Assembly (NCBI GenBank): GCA_964646375.1
Contig: CAZYEF010000001.1
Location: 1 to 52,649 of the forward strand
Direction of reading: 5' to 3'
From: an uncultured Nitrospiraceae bacterium
GTDB taxonomy: Bacteria > Nitrospirota > UBA9217
DNA: 52,649 nucleotides
Under the pieces are notes generated by a model. It saw only the letters and a program-made list of their open reading frames with translations, had not been told where the DNA came from and ran no database searches. Positions 9,882-17,570 of this stretch are shown here, one piece after another. Within the stretch, counting starts at the first letter, position 1. Each line of letters begins with the position of its first letter. The translations under genes were made by a program, and so were the position numbers.

Positions 9882-11261
9882 CTAGCTTTCCGCCGTCTTT
9901 TCAATGTGGCCTCGCCAGCCGGATGACGCGGCAAAATTACCACCGAAGTCGCGACTCAACTCTTCCGGGGAAATCTCCCTGCCATTGCAGACTATACGGC
10001 AATCTTCGGGAGCTAATCCCGTAAGCGGGTATCGGAAATTGCCGAACGCTTCCCGCACGGTGGGAATTTTCCGGAAATCGAAACGCATGAGAGCGGCGTG
10101 GACCAGATCGGCAAAGGCCGAAGAGCAGGCGAATGTCAGCGCGCCGAGCAAGACGGGGCGAGGCGCGAGGGGGCCATCGCCTTCGCCTGCGACGATGGCG
10201 TCAACAAGTGAATAGACTTTCCGTTGCGGACTGTCCGATATTGTGCCATCCGGCCGGCCATACAGGAGCAAACGGTTGAGGTCCAGGGTCATGCGCCAGA
10301 CGGTGTCATTGCCATGCCATCCGCCCTCGATTTCCGGGTTGCCGACAATGCCCTGTATTTTAAGGAGAAGATCTGAATATTTGAGCCATTTCGAGCAGCG
10401 CTCCGCGCCGATTGATCGGTTTGCCTCGTCCAGACAGCGCTCCGCCATTTTTTTGACCGGCGAGTCTCCCGGATAGCAGTCGCCCCCCCGCGCCGATCCT
10501 CCAATTCTGTGGTGGGGCAGGTATTCCTTGTTGCCATTGATTCCCACGATGTTTTTCAGTGCTGCCGTGAGTCCGGCTTTTTTGTGAGTCTTCAGTTTCG
10601 GGAGGCTGATGACGACGTCGGCCTCGAAAGGTTCGCGGCAGAGCAGGTATTCATGTTTGCCGGGCAGATGATGTTTCTTCAGCTGGTCCGGGTCGTAACA
10701 GGTGATGCGAAAACGACTGTCGGGTGTGGATACGGGATCCAGGAGGCTGTCCCTGCCCAGATCGAAAAGGATGTAGTGGGCGTCGCTCCTGACATTTGTG
10801 TCCTGTCCCTCGACAAGGCCTCCGGGACGCAGGACGGTTCGTCTGAAGTCGATGACCTCAACCGGGCAATCAGCTATTTTGTTCAACTCTTTACGCCAGC
10901 TTTCCGGCGCAACTCCGTCAAAATCGCATAGCTGAACGGGCGCGTCGCCAATGATGACGCGTCCCGGTTTCGCCTTGAGAATCTCCTTCAGCGCGGCGGT
11001 TATCAGGTTCGGATGGGTCACAAGGCATTCATTGCCATACCCGCCGAAGTTTTTGTGCGCCACCCAGTTGGGTTTCAGAAGAACCGTCATGCCTTCTTCG
11101 ACAATGTCTTTGAATGGAGCCCCGGGATCTCGCTTCCCGCAACCCGCATCACGGAGTAAGCTTCTGATTATTCCGCACAGATCGTCGATGTTGTCGTAAC
11201 TACTCTGTTCCTGTCCGGAAGAAAATACGGTGACCAGATTTTCGGGGCATCCGTCAACCAT
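9882..11261 (-). CDS. DUF362-family protein (function unknown)
   Basis: VLLKPNWV and LPKLKTHKKAGLTAALKNIVG resemble the DUF362 signature blocks. The ATG at 11261 overlaps the upstream methyltransferase stop by 8 nt (ATGGTTGA). The ORF-track start at 11303 is the alternative. Confidence 0.6.
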   Translation of the reverse strand: MVDGCPENLVTVFSSGQEQSSYDNIDDLCGIIRSLLRDAGCGKRDPGAPFKDIVEEGMTVLLKPNWVAHKNFGGYGNECLVTHPNLITAALKEILKAKPGRVIIGDAPVQLCDFDGVAPESWRKELNKIADCPVEVIDFRRTVLRPGGLVEGQDTNVRSDAHYILFDLGRDSLLDPVSTPDSRFRITCYDPDQLKKHHLPGKHEYLLCREPFEADVVISLPKLKTHKKAGLTAALKNIVGINGNKEYLPHHRIGGSARGGDCYPGDSPVKKMAERCLDEANRSIGAERCSKWLKYSDLLLKIQGIVGNPEIEGGWHGNDTVWRMTLDLNRLLLYGRPDGTISDSPQRKVYSLVDAIVAGEGDGPLAPRPVLLGALTFACSSAFADLVHAALMRFDFRKIPTVREAFGNFRYPLTGLAPEDCRIVCNGREISPEELSRDFGGNFAASSGWRGHIEKTAES

Positions 11262-12063
11262 TGACAGCTCCGGAATTGTTTTGCCGTTTCGCGCCTGCGA
11301 CATAAATGAATGGAGATGTCATGGGATTCCCCTTGAAACTGCGTGTCGCCAACATGATTCCATCGATGATTCTGGAACATGTCCTGATGATTGGCAAAAG
11401 AATAATGTCCAGTCTCGGAAATCTCTGCTCGATTCCCCAGGCCACGATGCCGGGTGAAAAAAGGCCCTCGTAGCTTGAAGTGATGTTTTCCATTACCTGT
11501 TTGACGTGGGCTTGTTCCAGTTCGCGCCTGGAGATTATCCTGTGTTTCGACAGCAATCCGGGCTGATAAAGATACGCCATCAGGCCATGGATTGAACGAA
11601 GATTCGGGATCTCGGTCACAAGGGTTCCGCCGGGACGAACGAATTCCCATAATCGGGGTAAAATTTCATCCAGGCTGCTGAAATGTTCAACAAGCCCCAA
11701 AGAATATACGAAATCGAAGGTTCCGATAACCGCGGGGTCAACCCTCAGAATGTCTTCACAGAAGATCACTCCACTAACTCCTGCCGCCTTCAGGTTGCTC
11801 CTCGCCAGTTCACAGCCTGCCTCGGAATAGTCGATACCAAACGCCTTGACGCCGAATCTTCGGGCCAGAAAAGGTAACCAGGTGGAGTTGCCGCATCCGA
11901 TTTCCAATATGCTGAGTGGTTGCGCCTTCGTGATCTCGCCTGCCAGAAAATGTTCAATGACCAGATCGGTGTAGCTTCGTGGCCTCCAGGAGTCGTGCTG
12001 CTCCCGGGAAGCGCAGTAGATTGAATTCCAATGAGATTTACCGGTAATATCTTTCCGCCCCAT
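11254..12063 (-). CDS. Class I SAM-dependent methyltransferase
   Basis: 269 aa. Motif I ILEIGCGNSTWLPFLARRFGVKAFGIDYS and post-I/II blocks VIFCEDIL and DFVYSLGLVEH. Confidence 0.8.
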   Translation of the reverse strand: MGRKDITGKSHWNSIYCASREQHDSWRPRSYTDLVIEHFLAGEITKAQPLSILEIGCGNSTWLPFLARRFGVKAFGIDYSEAGCELARSNLKAAGVSGVIFCEDILRVDPAVIGTFDFVYSLGLVEHFSSLDEILPRLWEFVRPGGTLVTEIPNLRSIHGLMAYLYQPGLLSKHRIISRRELEQAHVKQVMENITSSYEGLFSPGIVAWGIEQRFPRLDIILLPIIRTCSRIIDGIMLATRSFKGNPMTSPFIYVAGAKRQNNSGAVNG

Positions 12064-12178
12064 GCCTGTAATTCCAATGTTGGTTTGGTTGTATGTATGA
12101 AATGCTGTACGGCCTGATTAGAGCGTGACGGGCTATCTGTAATGTTTTCGTCGGCCTGGCTTTTCAGCCATCCCCTGA

Positions 12179-13513
12179 TTACCCCGAAAACTGGCAGGTT
12201 AAAGCCTTTGTCAGCATGTTGGCCGTCCGTCTGAGCGGCCGGTAGCAGTAGCATGCCCCATGTGCCGCCACCCAGTATGAGATGAGTGATGACAGTACGG
12301 CTCCCATTCCTCCCAAGCGGGGAATCAGGACAAAATTCAGCGCAACATTAACAAATGCTCCGAGGCACGTGACGAAAAAGAGCACGCGCGACCAGTTCAT
12401 GGCCAACAGGTAGGCATTCCTTGCCACGGTGAGATTCGCAAACAGTCCGGCCCACACAAGCAGGGCCAGCATCGGGCCGGCTGCGGCGTATGCCCTGCCG
12501 AACAGAAGATCGATGATCCATCCCGAACAGAAAGTCACCGGTACCGCAACGGCATACCCCATGAAAGTCATGAGGTTATACAACCTTTGCAGGCGCCTGT
12601 AAAATTCTTCCTCATCGGACTGCCTTGCCTTGATTATATTGGGAAATACGGAAGAAACTACTGCTGTCGGAATGAAGTACCATATTTCGGCAACGCGCAC
12701 GGCCGCCGCATAGATTCCCACTTCCCTGTCCCCGATCATTTGTCCCAGCATGACCTGGTCCACCCTTAGATAGACCATGAACACGATTCCGGAAAGAACA
12801 AGCGGCAGGCTTTCCTTCAGTAGCATTCTGATTTTTTCCGCCCGTACGTTCCAGCGGCAGACTGATTGTCCGTTAATGCGGTAAACAATAAGGAGTCCCA
12901 TGGCGCCCAGGACCAACTCGATGGCGTTTGCCACCGCAAAGGCTATGAGCGAAGCCTTGATCAGGATAAGCACAACTTTGACCGCGGCGCTGAATATAAA
13001 GGCGCCATTTTTTGCCATTACCACATATCGGGATTTTACTTCGGACTGAAACCAGAGGTCTATCGCATCGAAAGCCTGAAAAATCAGTGCGACGCCTGCC
13101 AGCGCCACAAGCATGTGAGTAGTTGATTCTTCCGGCCTGATGATAATAATTGTCAGTATGGCTGCGGCAAGGGAAATGCTGCCGGAAAGTAACCGGAGAA
13201 AAAAGGTGGCGCCGAGAAGACCTTCCTGCTCCTCCGGAGTGCGCACCAGTTCTCGAACGACGATTGATTCAAGGCCCATGAGCGCAATTGCGAGGAAGAG
13301 AGTGACAAATGAACCTGCGAAGCTGAGGAGACCGAACTGGGATGGGCCGAGGTATCTGGCGACCCATACGCCGACAATCAGCCCAAGTCCCATTCTGACA
13401 ATCTTGTCGGCAAAAAGCCAGCCGGTATTGTCAATTACCCGTTGCAGCTCATGACGATTCTCAAGCCGTTTCCTGATGAATTGCGGCAGGAATCGCGTCC
13501 AGGTTTTATGCAT
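12179..13513 (-). CDS. Wzx-type oligosaccharide flippase (MOP superfamily polysaccharide biosynthesis protein)
   Basis: 444 aa and hydrophobic throughout (about 12 or more TM segments). N-terminal NTGWLFADKIVRMGLGLIVGVWVARYLGP is typical of Wzx/RfbX proteins. Confidence 0.8.
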   Translation of the reverse strand: MHKTWTRFLPQFIRKRLENRHELQRVIDNTGWLFADKIVRMGLGLIVGVWVARYLGPSQFGLLSFAGSFVTLFLAIALMGLESIVVRELVRTPEEQEGLLGATFFLRLLSGSISLAAAILTIIIIRPEESTTHMLVALAGVALIFQAFDAIDLWFQSEVKSRYVVMAKNGAFIFSAAVKVVLILIKASLIAFAVANAIELVLGAMGLLIVYRINGQSVCRWNVRAEKIRMLLKESLPLVLSGIVFMVYLRVDQVMLGQMIGDREVGIYAAAVRVAEIWYFIPTAVVSSVFPNIIKARQSDEEEFYRRLQRLYNLMTFMGYAVAVPVTFCSGWIIDLLFGRAYAAAGPMLALLVWAGLFANLTVARNAYLLAMNWSRVLFFVTCLGAFVNVALNFVLIPRLGGMGAVLSSLISYWVAAHGACYCYRPLRRTANMLTKALTCQFSG

Positions 13514-13526
13514 GGCGTTCCGTCAC

Positions 13527-14492
13527 CTAGTTGTTCCAGTTCTCCCGGTACCACCGGTAGGCCGCCGCGATCCCGTCGCGCAGGCGGGTCCTGTGGCGCC
13601 ACCCCAGTTCATGGATCCGTGAGATGTCGGCCAGCTTGCGCGGCGTACCGTCCGGTTTGTCCCGGTCGAATACCAGTTCCCCCTCAAACCCTACGATTTC
13701 CTTTACCGTCAGCGCCAGGTCGCGGATCGAGATCTCATCCCCGGAACCCACATTGATCAGCGCCGGCGCGGCGGGATCGTTCAGCAGGGAGTCGTAGCGC
13801 CCGTCGTCCAGGTTCATGAGGAACAGGCAGGCCTCTGCCAGGTCATCCACATACATGAACTCCCGCAGAGGGGCGCCGGTCCCCCAGATGGTTACCGTCT
13901 TTGCGCAGCTCTGTTTCGCTTCGTGGAATTTTCTGATCAATGCCGGAAGTACGTGGGACTTTTCCAGGTCGAAGTTGTCGTTCGGACCGTAGAGGTTGTT
14001 GGGCATGATGGCCAGGTATTTCGTGCCATACTGGCGGTTGTAGGAGCGGCACTGGTAGATGCCGGCGATCTTGGCCACGGCGTACGCGTCGTTGGTTGGT
14101 TCCAGAAGGCCGGTCATGAGGTACTCCTCCCTGAGCGGCTGGGGGGCCAGTTTGGGGTAGATGCAGGTGCTCCCCAGAAAGAGCAGCCGTTTCGCGCCGT
14201 TCAGCCAAGCCTGGTGGATGATGTTTCCCTGAATCTGCAGGTTGTTGTGGATGAATTCCGCGGGATAGGCGCTGTTGGCAATTATGCCGCCAACCTTTGC
14301 GGCGGCCAGGAAGACGTATTCGGGTTTTTCCGACCGGAAGAAACTCTCCACGGCCAGCTGGTTGCGCAGATCCAGTTCGGCGCTCGTGCGAAGGAGCAGA
14401 TTTTCATGCCCCATTGACCTGAGCCCGCGGACAATTGCCGAACCGACCATGCCACGATGTCCAGCCACATATATTTTTGAATCTCTGTTCAC
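13527..14492 (-). CDS. fcl: GDP-L-fucose synthase (GDP-4-keto-6-deoxy-D-mannose 3,5-epimerase/4-reductase)
   Basis: Near-collinear similarity to E. coli Fcl/WcaG: IYVAGHRGMVGSAIVRGL, LAAAKVGGIIAN, LLFLGSTCIYPKLAPQP, LEPTNDAYAVAKIAG, YNRQYG, MPNNLYGPNDNF, SHVLPALIRKFHEA, REFMYVDD. The start was re-called to the GTG at 14492, which has an AAGGAGAAGGAA SD at 14505-14494 (minus strand). The ORF-track N-terminal 54 aa are Arg/Pro-rich and have no Fcl counterpart. Confidence 0.93.
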   Translation of the reverse strand: MNRDSKIYVAGHRGMVGSAIVRGLRSMGHENLLLRTSAELDLRNQLAVESFFRSEKPEYVFLAAAKVGGIIANSAYPAEFIHNNLQIQGNIIHQAWLNGAKRLLFLGSTCIYPKLAPQPLREEYLMTGLLEPTNDAYAVAKIAGIYQCRSYNRQYGTKYLAIMPNNLYGPNDNFDLEKSHVLPALIRKFHEAKQSCAKTVTIWGTGAPLREFMYVDDLAEACLFLMNLDDGRYDSLLNDPAAPALINVGSGDEISIRDLALTVKEIVGFEGELVFDRDKPDGTPRKLADISRIHELGWRHRTRLRDGIAAAYRWYRENWNN

Positions 14493-14714
14493 GTTCCTTC
14501 TCCTTGATGTCGAATCTGCCCATGCAACAATACATAACCTGGATACGTGACGCCTCCAGGCCTTCGCTAGTCCGGAAGGCCTCTGCCTTTGCGTTTCACA
14601 AGATAACCGGCAGCCCGGCGGAGGACCGGCGGAGTGAGCGGACAGCCGCGGCACGGCGGCGTACGGGCCCCGGCTCTACCGGCCACTTCGGCATTCCGGC
14701 GTCACGAATCTAGG

Positions 14715-14737
14715 ATAAAATGCCCCCTTTGGGGGCA
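14715..14737 (-). terminator. Candidate rho-independent terminator downstream of the 14905-15882 gene
   Basis: TGCCCCC-TTT-GGGGGCA hairpin (14721-14737). On the minus strand it is followed by TTTTAT (complement of 14715-14720). It lies ~170 nt after the stop, so the assignment is tentative. Confidence 0.45.
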
Positions 14738-14904
14738 ATACCGGCGTATTCCCGTCGGGACCCGGTCGCGGAGTCATTGCCGGAGCCGGGTATGCCGGCC
14801 GGATGCGGCGCGGACGCGAACAAGCTGCCGCCGCGGAATCCAAATATATAGCATAGTTCACTGTTGACGACACTAAATTTTCGTCGTGGCGCGGGCCGCT
14901 GGGG

Positions 14905-15882
14905 TCAATTGCTCGAGATTCTGGCGCTCCTGCCCGATGAGATGCCGCTGAAACGTATCCGTCCGAGATATTCGCCGTTGCGGTAGAGGGATGCTTCTCC
15001 GGCCGGGAGGTTTAATGCGCTGGTGTTTGTCATGAGCGAGGAGAAGGATGGCGTGAAGCCGGTCCCGAAGCGAACGTCCCTGATCGGCAGGGTGAACTCC
15101 GCAAGCCTGGCAAGGGTGCCGGCGGGAACGGGAAGCGAGACGGATGTCACGCCTGCGGCAAAGGCATCAGGGCTTGCCCGCCGCAGATAGCCAGGAAACT
15201 GGCCGTTGAGTCGACCGTAGAGGGTCAGTACGGCTTTTTCCCCATCGGAGACGCGGAGGTCGTAGCACGGCTTCCAGGCCTGGTCGGCGATGGCGAAAGA
15301 GAACCTGGCGCGGCTGTTCCCGGGTGTAACCCCCACTCGCGCGGTTGTCCCGTTCCTGCCGGCGTCTTTCCGGATTCCGGCGATGCGGGCGTCAAGCTGT
15401 CGCATTTCCCGGGTCGTCCTGCGGCGGGCCGTGTTGACCGCCTCCAGTTGGGCAATGGCAAAATCCGTCCCCTGGCGGATGGACTGCATCGGGTCGGGGT
15501 TGGTTTTTGTCCTGCGTGGAGACTTGCTGCTCTGGGATCTGAGGGTGGCCTTGAATATTGCCTCGCGTGTGGTCAGGGCCTGGAGGCGGTCTTCAAGAAG
15601 GTTTCTCCGTTCCAGCAGGTTTTCGAGCTCACGCTCACCCCTGGAATCTTTCCTCGGCGGCAGCAGCTCTACCCGCCGTATGGCCGTTTCTCCCACCGGC
15701 TTCACGCGCAGGCTGTTTTCAATCATCCCCGACGGCAGGGGAAGCTCGATAATCCCCCTTACCGCTGCTGCCTCGATTTCGGCGACCGCGCCATCGGAAA
15801 AAAAAGTGATGGTTCCGCCCGTTGCCAGGGCCTCGGAGGCAGATATCATTATCATGAAGAAAACGCACAATGTCTGATTCAT
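14905..15882 (-). CDS. Secreted DUF4140/DUF4139-like protein (short form)
   Basis: Start re-called to the ATG at 15882 (AAGGAG SD 6 nt upstream), giving signal peptide MNQTLCVFFMIMISASEALA. The N-terminal block TITFFSDGAVAEIE...IELPLPSGMIENSLRV resembles DUF4140. A central coiled coil (LENLLERRNLLEDRLQAL) follows. The W.P.YDLR block (QAWKPCYDLRVSDG) is the hallmark I recall for DUF4139. About 325 aa, shorter than the roughly 500 aa I recall as typical for the family. Confidence 0.5.
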   Translation of the reverse strand: MNQTLCVFFMIMISASEALATGGTITFFSDGAVAEIEAAAVRGIIELPLPSGMIENSLRVKPVGETAIRRVELLPPRKDSRGERELENLLERRNLLEDRLQALTTREAIFKATLRSQSSKSPRRTKTNPDPMQSIRQGTDFAIAQLEAVNTARRRTTREMRQLDARIAGIRKDAGRNGTTARVGVTPGNSRARFSFAIADQAWKPCYDLRVSDGEKAVLTLYGRLNGQFPGYLRRASPDAFAAGVTSVSLPVPAGTLARLAEFTLPIRDVRFGTGFTPSFSSLMTNTSALNLPAGEASLYRNGEYLGRIRFSGISSGRSARISSN

Positions 15883-15929
15883 GCTACACTCCTTCTGCCC
15901 CGACTCCATGACGGGGAGGTTGATATCCG

Positions 15930-15973
15930 TTGACAAACGGCCGGTTGCGCTCGTAATGGTATCAGGCTATAAT
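15930..15973 (+). promoter_or_regulatory. Candidate sigma70 promoter(s) for the 16008 gene
   Basis: TTGCGC (15945-15950), 17 nt spacer, perfect TATAAT (15968-15973). There is also a perfect TTGACA (15930-15935) with TAATGG 18 nt downstream. Both lie in the divergent intergenic region once the minus-strand gene start is set at 15882. Confidence 0.4.
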
Positions 15974-16007
15974 CCGGCATACTTAAATGGTTCGGGGAGC
16001 TGTGCCT

Positions 16008-17552
16008 ATGGATTTCGATGATGAAGTATCGGTCAAGGACATAGTCAATTTCCACATCAAGATCAACAACGCGCCCAGAGCAAACAAGGCTCTTGCCAGG
16101 TTGTCATCCAAAGACAAGGTGGCGGCGTTCAACATTATTGATTTTTCCACGGCTCATCGTGATTTCAAGATTGAGGTCGCCAAATATTTCGTCTACGACC
16201 TAGATCCCAGGGTGCGCCGCAAGGCGGAACTCATGCTTGAAACCCTGGTGCCGGGGTGGGTTTCGGATCCGGGAGAAAGCATTCTGGCGCTGCTCAAGTC
16301 CGCGGGCGGAAAGGGAGTGGCCAAACGCAACGCCGCGGTCAAGTTTCTTTTCGGAGTCATTGACGCCAAGAGCCTGCGGGATACCTTCCTGACCCTGCTC
16401 AACAGCCGCAACCGTGCGCACATGGTTGAAATTATCGAAATTCTGGAGGAGTACATCGATTCATCCAGCGACGAGGCCGAACAGGTAAAAATTTTCGACG
16501 GTTGTCTTGATATCGTGCTTTCGGATGACGCCGAGCAGTCGGTCAAACATCATGCCTGTAACCTCCTGAGCGTGTTCTTCAAAAAAGTCGCCACTACCCA
16601 GTTGGGTGAGATACTGCATAAGAAATATATCGAACGCCAGGTGGAAAAGGCCGAAAGTATCCATCGTTACGTCTGCAGCGGCGCGACCGGACTCAACGCC
16701 TATTTTCTCGAGGATCTGGTGCGGCCGCTCAACGAGGGGGGCAGGATCTATCAGCTGAAAATGGTCAACTATTTTGGCTTTGTTCTGGAAAAGGTCAGGG
16801 ATCCCGCGGTGGTTGACACGGTTCTCGATACCTACCCCGATTACTGGAGCCAGAGCGAACCGTCAAAGGAAGAGAAGATCAGCAGCATCTGCAGGCGCAT
16901 CAGGCAGGCTCTGGAAGAGCTGTGGGAGAATACTCCGGACGGGGAAGTGCGCGAACGGATCATCGGGATCAGGTATGACGAAATCCAGAACAAGAGGGAG
17001 CTGCTGGAACAGATCAGGGGCAGGCTCGAAGACGATACGCTCGTTGACGAATCAAAGGAAAAAATCTCCATGATGCTGAGGTGTTTCCTGCATCCGGGAG
17101 AGGAGGACGCACTCAAGTTGCAGGCGGCCCACCTTCTGCTGTTTTCGTTGGGGGACCACGACAGTTGTACGGCGGCTTTGGACTATGTGAAATGCTATTC
17201 CGAACAGAGGAACCTGAACTCGGCCGAACGGGGAAGCATAGCCGAGGTGATGGGACAGCTTATGGAAAGAGATGATTTGAGTCCCCTCCTGCGCGATAGG
17301 GCGCGCTATCTGCTGTTTATGGTCGCCCCCCAGCGTGTCACCGGAGAGGATCAGCAGGACGCGCTGTTCCAATACCTGCGGGAGATCATAGATGGCCGTG
17401 GCCTCGGCAGCGACAGGGCCGAGGAGAAGGCGCGTCAGTCGCTGGAGGCCCTGCTTCCGGTGGTCGCATCCGAGGAATTGCGCAATGTGGCGCAGTATCT
17501 GGAGTTCAAAATCAAGAAGCGTCCCTCCGGTGTGACGGCAAGACCGGTGTGA
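16008..17552 (+). CDS. Hypothetical alpha-helical repeat (HEAT/ARM-like) protein
   Basis: Long ORF with no signal peptide or TM segment. Helical-repeat character, for example DPRVRRKAELMLETL. The ATG at 16008 has a GGGGAG SD 8 nt upstream. The ATG at 15987 sits only 14 nt after the TATAAT. No family was recognised. Confidence 0.55.
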   Translation: MDFDDEVSVKDIVNFHIKINNAPRANKALARLSSKDKVAAFNIIDFSTAHRDFKIEVAKYFVYDLDPRVRRKAELMLETLVPGWVSDPGESILALLKSAGGKGVAKRNAAVKFLFGVIDAKSLRDTFLTLLNSRNRAHMVEIIEILEEYIDSSSDEAEQVKIFDGCLDIVLSDDAEQSVKHHACNLLSVFFKKVATTQLGEILHKKYIERQVEKAESIHRYVCSGATGLNAYFLEDLVRPLNEGGRIYQLKMVNYFGFVLEKVRDPAVVDTVLDTYPDYWSQSEPSKEEKISSICRRIRQALEELWENTPDGEVRERIIGIRYDEIQNKRELLEQIRGRLEDDTLVDESKEKISMMLRCFLHPGEEDALKLQAAHLLLFSLGDHDSCTAALDYVKCYSEQRNLNSAERGSIAEVMGQLMERDDLSPLLRDRARYLLFMVAPQRVTGEDQQDALFQYLREIIDGRGLGSDRAEEKARQSLEALLPVVASEELRNVAQYLEFKIKKRPSGVTARPV

Positions 17553-17570
17553 GACGCTGCCTCGCCGCAC

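Noticed and set aside
13527-14654. ORF-track version of fcl with a 54-aa N-terminal extension (start 14654).
   Set aside because: The extension has no counterpart in Fcl proteins and is Arg/Pro-rich. The internal GTG at 14492 has a strong SD and restores the canonical N-terminus.
14435-14873. Small ORFs in the fcl upstream region: 14435-14713 (+), 14634-14867 (+) and 14676-14873 (-).
   Set aside because: They are mutually overlapping, Arg/Pro/Gly-rich and lack an SD or any motif. They look like chance ORFs in GC-rich non-coding DNA.
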